Source of the DNA: Marsupella aquatica
Lineage: Eukaryota; Plantae; Marchantiophyta
DNA: 64,000 nucleotides
Assembly (NCBI GenBank): GCA_973895155.1
Contig: OZ316895.1
Coordinates: forward strand, 5,662,687 to 5,726,686
Direction: 5' to 3'
Below the pieces are notes generated by a model. That model saw only the letters and a list, made by a program, of their open reading frames with translations. It made no database searches and was not told the origin of the DNA. This document shows, in pieces, positions 56,130-64,000 of this stretch; within the stretch, counting starts at the first letter, position 1; each line of letters begins with the position of its first letter. A program made the position numbers and the translations under genes.

Positions 56130-59100
56130 GAGGGATGTCTTACTTTTTTAATTTTTTTTTTAAATTTTTAAGCAAAGGAGGGGCAAGCCCAATCGATTAA
56201 AAGAGGGGGCAAAAACCACCCAGTCAAAATGATAGAGCACAAATTCACGGAGGGGAGGGTGCCCCTAGGCCCTCCCCCCCACCACCACAACTGATGACAA
56301 GCAAGGGCAGCTGAGTCAGACTGACCCATCAGACTGCACACCAGCCAGTCACCCATACCAAGCGTATCGTGAACACATCTCATGTACTCCGTATAACGGT
56401 TCCTACTCTGCCAGTGATTATCAGTAATGTCCCTATCTAACAGATAATTGACACACACATGCTCGTACCGGTGGCAAGGTCCGTCCCTCCGCAGCTCCAA
56501 TCCGCTGCGATTACAGCGGGGAGGAGTCGAGAGGAAAGTCAAGAAAAGCTTAGTGATCATTGTGTTCATTAGAGTTGGCCTCAGTCCCCCCCCCCCCTCC
56601 AGTTACCTTGCTGGAGAATGTCTTGCAGCGCTTGTAGGGTCTTTTGTAGTTGACTGCTCTTCTTGCCAGTGTTGCTGGTTCTCATCATGATTTTGAGATG
56701 GTGAGCAGTGTTCTGCAGAGTCACCCAAACCGGGATCTTCCCGTTGGGGTGATTGAAGGCCACCGCGTTTCGCTCATTCCAGAATCCAGTGCACATTTCT
56801 TGGATAAGAATCAGTGGTCCAGGGTTGGTTTTCTGTCTCCTAGTAGCTTGCGAGATCATTTCCATCAGCCCCCCCGGATCCAGAGCAATTCGGGCACTGG
56901 AATTGGTCAGTTGTCTCAATAACTGCCATCTGTACCTGACATGTCTGCAGCTACAGAACAGGTGATCCGTGTTCTCAATTTGGTCCTTACACCGTGGGCA
57001 CAGGCCGTCGCAGATCCCCCACCGGTTGCCCCTCTGATTGGTGAAGAAGCCGTGTTGCACCAGCCTCCACACAAAGAAACGGACCTTGGGGATAGTCCAA
57101 CCTCCCCAGAGCTTCCTCCACAGTTGCACCCAATGTTCTGGAGCTCCAGTCAGTCCCCATTTGCGATTCAACTTCATATGGTCACAGTTGTCAGCTGACA
57201 GCCTCTTCACCCACACTCTGTTGGGGCAATTCCACCTAGTTCGCCTTGGTTGGTCACTCCACCTCCACCCTTCACACCTCTCTAGTACCTCAATAGTGGT
57301 ACCCTTCAGCAACTGCACCACCTCATAAAAGTCCTGAAATTCTGTCCTACCCGTGCCCCTAGTGCTGCGGATACTCTGTATGACGGTGGTAGGATCCATC
57401 CAAGAGCCATCCCCACGTCTGATGTCCTGTAGGGATCTGATGCTTCTGTTATACATGAATCTACGAAGATTAGTCTGCTGGGAGTCACTCATAGTTTTGT
57501 TTTTGAAATAGATCCGCAGAGTCTGCTCAATGGAAAGCCGCTCCGGGAGCTCCCCCCCTTCAAATTCAAACTGGAGAAAAGACAGTTGTGTGTCCCATCC
57601 TGTAAACAGGGAGGTCAAGGTGTGCGAGCCCTTCACCTTAGTGAGCCCGGAGATCAGTATAGCCTCAGCCGGCGTCCATCTATGCATCTCTTTCTTGTCA
57701 GTTCCCACACGAATAGTCGCCTGGATAACCTCGTTGGCCATCTTGACCCAATCAATCTTTGGGTTACAGAGCAGCTTCATCACGTGTCTCATCTTGAGTG
57801 CTTGGGCTTGCACCTTGAACGGGAGGATGCCCAATCCTCCCGCTCCTTTCTCTTGACTAATAGTGTCCCAACTAATTAGCGGGATCTTATGTTTCCCCAT
57901 CTTGTTGGTCCCCCAAAGAAAGCCCCTACAAATTTGTTCCATCTCCCCGTATCTAGCCCCGTTGAGTGACAGCAGCATGAGGTGGTACGTCGGAATGGCC
58001 CTCAGGACATGTCTGAGCAGAATAACTCATCCAGGCAGCGTGAGACTCTTGTACGCCCAATGATTCAATCTTTTCCTTAGTTTGTCGATCAGAAATCTGC
58101 TTTCCTGTGAGGGCTTAATGTGATGTCCAATAGGGCAGCCAAGGTATTTGCTCATCTCTCCGGATTTAGTTACAGTGCAGCCAGTTTTCTGCATCCAATC
58201 AAGTTCCCCCTGGGTGGGTCTAAATAAGGGGATGATCTTGGACTTGTGTACATTCAGGAGTGCCCCCGAGATCCTCTCATACTGGTTGATGACCCCCCTA
58301 GCCTCCAAAAAGTCCTGTTCACTGGCCCTGAGAAGAAGTCCAGTGTCATCAGCAAAGAGCTGGTGGCACACAATGGTTCCGTCCTCCAACTTCAGACCGT
58401 GAAGTTGATTTTGCTCAATTTTCCTTTGGAGCATCAGCATGAGAGGCTGCGTGGTTAATGCAAAAAGCAGTGGTGCCAGCGGATAGCCTTGGCGGACACC
58501 CCTGCCCAGATTGAAAGGTTGCGTGAACAGTCCGTTGATGTGGACCTTGGATTGAGTATTTTCCACCAGACCTCTCACCAGCGTAATGAAATGTTCCTGA
58601 AAGTTCATTTTCCTAAGCACCTCCCATAGGAAATTGTGCTCCACTCTATCATAGGCTTTAGCAAAGTCGAGCTTAAGAAATAGCAAGGGCTCTTTCTTGA
58701 GTTTAGATAGCTCTTGCGCAAGCTTGAACGTCAGCAGGTTATCCAAAATATCCCTACCAGCAATGAATCCGGTCTGCTGTTTATCTACCAGTCTATTAAT
58801 CACCTTTTTCAGCCTTGTAGCAATCAGTTTGGCTACAATCTTCTCGGTCAGCGGGAGCATGGTGAGGGGCCGCCAGTTGGTCAATTCCGAAGTATTCGAA
58901 GTCTTGGGGATCAATTTGATGACCCCCATGGTGGCTTTAGAAGTAAGCTTCCCGTCCTGCCAGAAAGCTCTAATCATCCCGACATATCCATCTTGCATAT
59001 GTTCCCATTCATGCTGCAAAACCTCCGCAGTAACACCGTCAAGCCCTGGAGACTTCTCCTTGGCAAGATTCCCAACCACACTATTAATCTCCTCAATCGT

Positions 59101-59786
59101 CGGTGGGCAGAGCAGCAGCGAATTCTCCCGTTCCGTCACCTTCTCAATGATGAGACTCAGTGCATCATTCCTCAACCCCTCCTCCAGTTCCACAGTATGA
59201 TGCTTGGTATAAAGGTGCTCATAATACCTGTGAATCTCCTTAAGTATATCTTGTTCATCCTCAGCGACGGTTCCATCCGGTAGCTTAAGCACTCTAATGC
59301 TCTCTCTATTTTGTTTGGCTTTTAAATGGTTGAAAAAGTATTTGGTTGGGGTTTCCCCCAGATTCAGCCAGCGTTCTCTGCTCTTCCTTCGGAGATTTGC
59401 AGCCTCCGTATTCTCTAGCTCACGAATGGCCGCTTCCAAGTTGGCGAGCTCTGTGATCTCCTCCAAGGTGGGATCCAAACCAATTCTCATTCGTAGGTGT
59501 AGTATTTGCTCCGCTCCATTTGGTCTGTTTTTCCGTTCCTCTTGTTGTTTCCTTTTCTCATCTCTCAGAAATCTTCGCACAGCGTCCCAAGCAAGGTCGA
59601 CATTAATCCTGGCGTCCCTCCTCGGCAGCTGGTGGTCCCTCCAGAGTCTGCGGACCTCCAAGGCCACCTCGGGGTGGTGAAGAATTGCAGCCTCCATCTT
59701 AAAATAAGAGCCCTTACGAATACCTGTATCTCTCCGTTCCACCATAGTGAAAGTAGTGGAAACAGGAATGTAGAGGGATGTCTTAC
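56130..59786 (-). mobile_element. Young 5'-truncated L1-clade LINE, body 56144-59772, 14-bp TSD
   Basis: Perfect TSD GAGGGATGTCTTAC at 56130-56143 and 59773-59786. Interrupted poly-A tail (T-tract 56144-56170), ~0.4-kb 3' UTR, and ORF2 RT and zf-RVT motifs. Confidence 0.96.
56581..59772 (-). pseudogene. LINE ORF2 (end of endonuclease, RT, zf-RVT) interrupted by one in-frame TGA at 58027-58029
   Basis: Motifs KSPGLDG, NWRPLT, QTGFIAGR, LKLDFAKAYDRV, RGVRQG, LFADD, KYLG and CPRC..ENTDHLFCSC. ORFs 58027-59841 and 56581-57978 are in the same frame (SLTLPG*VILLRHVLRAIPTYHLM). Confidence 0.92.
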
Positions 59787-61351
59787 AAACACTATATATC
59801 ATATTTTGATGTTTGCTTGCGCCATATGAATGGCTATCCACCCTCTAACCTCTATTCCATAAAGAACTTACAAATTTTGCGACATGAGTAAATTGTAAAG
59901 GTTTTCTAATCATGGTGAATAGAAACACTGACTTTTCAGTGTTTGAATTATTTTTGACATTGAAAATTGAATACATGGTAATAATATTTTGGGGTGATGC
60001 TTTCTGGATTTAAAAATACTTAATATCTTGCTCAGGTGGGCAAACCAGGGTATACTATGGTTCTGCAGCAAACAGTACTATGGTACTGCACAGTCTGAAA
60101 AATATGCAGGCATGTACGTCGAGTAAATTATCTACACGAAATTAGGAATATGATTGAAACTTATGTTCTGAGCTATTTCTGAGCAGTGGTCCGGTGTCTG
60201 AAGCTGGACATGGTGATTGATCGATTAATCAGTGACGTCAATGACACTTTGAATAGGATGACGGTTTTTTCACACTGAAACTAAGCGAACAGAGAATTAC
60301 GCAAGATTCTGATGACCTAACCTCCATTCGTGCCAGTCAGCATTTCATAACCATACGGCTAACTTTACAATGTAGTGATCGTGTCGATCAAATTGTGAGA
60401 GCTTTTGAGTTTAATTTCTAACAACCAGCACGATTGACCCTGTCACTAAATGCTAATTCATTTGTGTGGAAGCACTATTCATTTCAAAATTGTCTCTCAA
60501 AAGTAGGAGCACGCATGGTGAATAGTACGTGTAGGATTTTTGTTGACTAGAGCGATTTTCTGCACTCTATCTCACTCTACTGTCTTGAATGTGGCCAACT
60601 TGGTCTTAGTCTTACTTCTGTATTGAACTCATCTGGTCACTGGAGGTCAAACACTTCACTCGAGGAAATCGTGCAGTAGATAGCTAACGAGGAACGCAAA
60701 ACGAAATCATATGGCGGAGAATATCCGATCTTAGATCTGAATAGGTCATTGTTGTGATACGAAAGTGGTTGTGATTCAAATGGGTCTCACAGCAGCTAGC
60801 TCCGGACTCGATCAAGTTGACCAACAACCACTGATCGAAGCGCTTCGATCAAACAGTCAAGTATCGAGGCAAGTATCTATCTGTGCGTGCTTTTCATGTC
60901 AACCTACCGTCGATCAATCACCATAATTATCCAGCTCCAGACACGAGCTGGAGGTCGGTTTGGTGGAATGATGCTGTTTTCCAAGTATTAAAGATCTAGA
61001 GCTCTTCTCAAGATCCCGCTCAAGATCTCTTCCACATCTCCCATTATCACATCAAATACCGCAGGCATGCAGCTCTGTCACATATTATGACCACGGCGTT
61101 TCTCGTTTTGGTCAAGTCAGGGGTCAAGTAGACGGCAGTAATCATAGGTTGTTTGACGAAAGAGCCCAAGCATAGCTATTACGTACGGGCTACTAGCGTT
61201 TGCTAGTCTTCAGTGTGCATATTTAGTCTCTGAGAGCACTGCTGCATGATTACGAGAGTCAGTGGGCTCTGATAACTGTCTTGGAACTGAAGGGGCAGGA
61301 AAGTACACTTTCCACTTTCCGTCTGGACAACCACATAGATCGACCTTGAAT

Positions 61352-61469
61352 TAGATGAAATTCCTCGACATCAGAAGTCAAGGCCTTGATAATTCCTGCT
61401 CCGCTGCCCTTGTAATGCTTGAAAGCTTCCTCCACAATGACGACAATTGTAGGGCCAGCTGACATCCAT
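61352..61469 (-). pseudogene. Alfin-like (AL, PAL/DUF3594 domain) N-terminal pseudogene fragment
   Basis: VEEAFKHYKGSGAGIIKALTSDVEEFH resembles the Alfin N-terminus ([28 protein letters not shown]). The upstream MD...YNCR is one base out of frame, and similarity stops after ~40 codons. Confidence 0.75.
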
Positions 61470-62175
61470 TGTAGAACCGACGCTTTCTAACTCCATGGTA
61501 ATATATCACCCTTTCCGGCACACTACTACTAGGGGAGGCAATTTCTCCGAGAATTGTGTAAACAGTTAGAAAGTTCCGTCGCACAAATAGCTGCTGTTGA
61601 ACGATATTATAACTCCAATGTATTTCTTCTCCCATTCTTACATCGAAGCTTAGTTAAAACTAAGTCGAAGAAGGACGACAGCGGTCTCTTGCCGGCCTCC
61701 AACCAAACGATTCATTGTCTCACACGTGCGTCGATCAAATTCATATGTCATTGAAGGACCTGGCAACTATTGGCATCACCTGGACCCGACACATGCATGC
61801 CGGTCGTTCGACATTAAAGGATAACATTGGAAGTTCACAGATCAATAATTAGGCATAATGCTGGTCGTTCTAAATTCTTCGATAAAATTGGAAGTTCAGT
61901 GATCATCTGAAGTTCGACACCTGAAAGCCTGCAAAATCTTGCATTAGGTGTTCATTATAGTCTAGCGGCTGCTGGCATGCATGTGAGACCTGTCAAGGAG
62001 TCCATTCGTTCGTCGGTTCGCATGGAATTCCGATCCTACTGCCGCGTGCCTATAATTTCCTCAAGGAACGCGCAGCTTGAGCGTTCCGTCGCTCGAGCAC
62101 ATAAAGGCTGATGAAACAAAGGATGAAATCATAGAATCGGCCCTTTAGCAACAAGATTGGAAGGTTAGCGCCGAA

Positions 62176-63303
62176 ATGGAGTTTAACTTGAGCGATTTTC
62201 CTGTTTGCAAAGATTTGTTCGATAATGGCGTTGACGTAGAAGAGGATAGTAGGCAGGGTGCCCTGACTGAAGATGACTGCATCGTCACGGGAGACGCCGT
62301 TCCACCCAGCGACTTTGATGATCCTAACCGACACGTGTTGAACCCGAATTTTTCGTGCCAAATATCAGCATGTCAACAGAGTTTCGCTACCATGGCCGAT
62401 CTAAAGAAGCACCGAGTGGACACCCACGTTTTGGCCATCTTCACCATCCCTCTCGACAGTTGCAACAACAACGACGATCTCAAATCAGGGGACCAAAGCT
62501 GCGGCACCAATGAGCACGAAACTCACATTTCTGGCGACGACTCCGAGAAAGAGAACATCAAAGAAAATAGCATCGAAGAGAATTCCGATAGTAGTCTGAG
62601 CGTTCACTGGAAGAACGATCCGGCTGTTTATCAGATGTTGGCAAAGCCGCTCAGCAGCGACAAGATTTCGAACTGCCGCGTTACTCCCGGTGTTACTCCA
62701 TATTGGCCCGACCAGTTGCAGAGCATCAGAGTCGTCAGGAGAGCGTACGAGATGGAAACGGAGAACACCGATGGCCGGATCGAGGAAGGTGGACACGCCA
62801 ATCGCTGGAGCAACGCTTTCCTGTTTTCAGGAGCTCTAATTCTAGTAAACCTGTTCCTGCAGAAATTGTCAATTAAGTTGGCTTTCTGCCGTTGTCCTGT
62901 TTCCGTCGCTTCGCTACCTTCTGCGTGTAATGCCGCTCGAATGAGGTACCACCATGCTTGGCATGAAGGATTCCCCGGTGCACTTCGAGGAATTGGTGGA
63001 GATTCGAGTTTACTGCGCCAATTCTTGCAGACCTTCCAGCGGGCCTTCCAGTGTGTCATTCCTTACATACCAGCCACACAGGCAGCTCAAAGCATCTATG
63101 TGATCACCGCAATAGCAGTCATTGTTCTCTTGGTTTGGAAATTAATACGGTTTCGCCGGAATCCTTCCTGGAGAATATTTCTGCATCCACGGCCGAGAGC
63201 TGGTCCTCGTCGTCATGGTCTGAACAGGACTGCGAATCCCAAGGAACGTGACCATGATCAAACTGGAAACGGTGCAGGATCAGGGACTGATGACGAAGAC
63301 TGA
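62176..63303 (+). CDS. Uncharacterised 375-aa protein with one C2H2 zinc finger and C-terminal hydrophobic segment(s)
   Basis: Long ATG-initiated ORF. FSCQISACQQSFATMADLKKHRVDTH fits C-x4-C-x3-F-x5-L-x2-H-x4-H. The hydrophobic stretch IYVITAIAVIVLLVW is followed by a basic cluster KLIRFRR. Confidence 0.6.
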   Translation: MEFNLSDFPVCKDLFDNGVDVEEDSRQGALTEDDCIVTGDAVPPSDFDDPNRHVLNPNFSCQISACQQSFATMADLKKHRVDTHVLAIFTIPLDSCNNNDDLKSGDQSCGTNEHETHISGDDSEKENIKENSIEENSDSSLSVHWKNDPAVYQMLAKPLSSDKISNCRVTPGVTPYWPDQLQSIRVVRRAYEMETENTDGRIEEGGHANRWSNAFLFSGALILVNLFLQKLSIKLAFCRCPVSVASLPSACNAARMRYHHAWHEGFPGALRGIGGDSSLLRQFLQTFQRAFQCVIPYIPATQAAQSIYVITAIAVIVLLVWKLIRFRRNPSWRIFLHPRPRAGPRRHGLNRTANPKERDHDQTGNGAGSGTDDED

Positions 63304-63859
63304 TCACCGAGGGGATCATTAAGAGTAGTACAGACCCAGGAGTTATCATTTCCTACCTTTCATAGAGCACTCATTCTCACCGACCTCGATGTTCTGCTCC
63401 TGTTTCTCCTCTGCTGCGGGTTGTCATGGTGAAGAGAGATCAATAGCTTACTCTATACTTCAAGAATGCTTCAATCTATCGAATCCAATTTGAACTTCTT
63501 TGAAGTTACTTCTGTAGTTGAGATATAGCTGGACCGTCGGACATATCATGACCTCAGGACTAATAATTTTTGATGCATGCTACCTCGTGCTACTGATAAG
63601 GAAAACACTACATATGCACCTCGGCTTATTCAATTCTAATAAAGTGAGTACATATGAGATATGCCAGGCTAGCTTGCCGCTATTGCTTGATTAATCCAAA
63701 GCTGACATAGCCACCAGATCAATCACATTATAATCACAGCCTCGATGAAGATCCGACTTGATGAATTCCTAAAATCGAATTCATGTCTCAGCTTCACTTT
63801 TTCGGATTCGAGCGATCCAATAGTTGATACTCTGTCTTCATCCACTGCTCTGAAGATTT

Positions 63860-64000
63860 CCGACGTTTCAAATTGACTACCGATTGCCAGAAACTTCAGT
63901 TGAACTTCGGTGCGTTTACTGATATTTGAAATTGACTATCGATTGCCAGAAACTTCCGTTGAACGTTTCCTGATATTTGAAATTGACTACCGATTGCCAG
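63860..64000. repeat. Tandem repeat, 51-59 bp unit (core AAATTGACTAYCGATTGCCAGAAACTT), truncated by the window end
   Basis: Cores start at 63870, 63929 and 63980. Confidence 0.85.

Noticed and set aside
58027-58029. Programmed stop-codon readthrough or a two-ORF LINE design
   Set aside because: The stop falls within a conserved ORF2 stretch at a usual Arg position. A single point mutation is the simpler explanation.
59787-59841. N-terminus of the 604-aa LINE ORF as part of the element
   Set aside because: It lies outside the 14-bp TSD, so it is host flanking DNA that happens to be in frame.
63860-64000. Regularly spaced ~27-bp repeats that resemble a CRISPR array
   Set aside because: The spacers are related to each other, the context is a eukaryotic genome and there are no cas genes. 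It is a tandem repeat cut by the window edge.

Overview
Eukaryotic land-plant nuclear DNA, with GT-AG introns, plastid-targeted proteins and long CT-rich 5' leaders. Gene content suggests a bryophyte, probably a liverwort (inference). The supplied ORF track is prokaryote-style, so most real genes are split over several ORFs and most short ORFs are spurious. Gene models built by hand from splice sites: a BTB/POZ protein (-), the thylakoid-lumen cyclophilin CYP28 (+), an 8-exon PHD-finger protein (-), a cysteine-synthase-like PLP enzyme (+), an intronless plastid RimP-like factor (-), the spliceosomal DEAH helicase PRP16/DHX38 (+, 14 coding exons), a secreted protein with two tandem DUF3455-like domains (+), an Alfin-like pseudogene fragment (-) and an orphan C2H2 zinc-finger protein with hydrophobic segments (+). 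Intergenic DNA is dominated by retrotransposition products whose ends are visible in the sequence. These are a 2.45-kb mini Ty1/copia element (110-bp LTRs, 5-bp TSD, only RT-RNase H retained, half-tRNA-Ile PBS), a young 5'-truncated L1-type LINE (14-bp TSD, one nonsense codon), an older related LINE, a tRNA-like SINE (17-bp TSD) and a short retroposed stub. I found no CRISPR array, rRNA or intact tRNA, and nothing that can be firmly called a new multi-gene system. The best leads are the mini-copia, the double-DUF3455 secreted protein, the SINE/LINE pair and possible RT-driven intron loss. All family assignments are from motif recognition; no database search was run.
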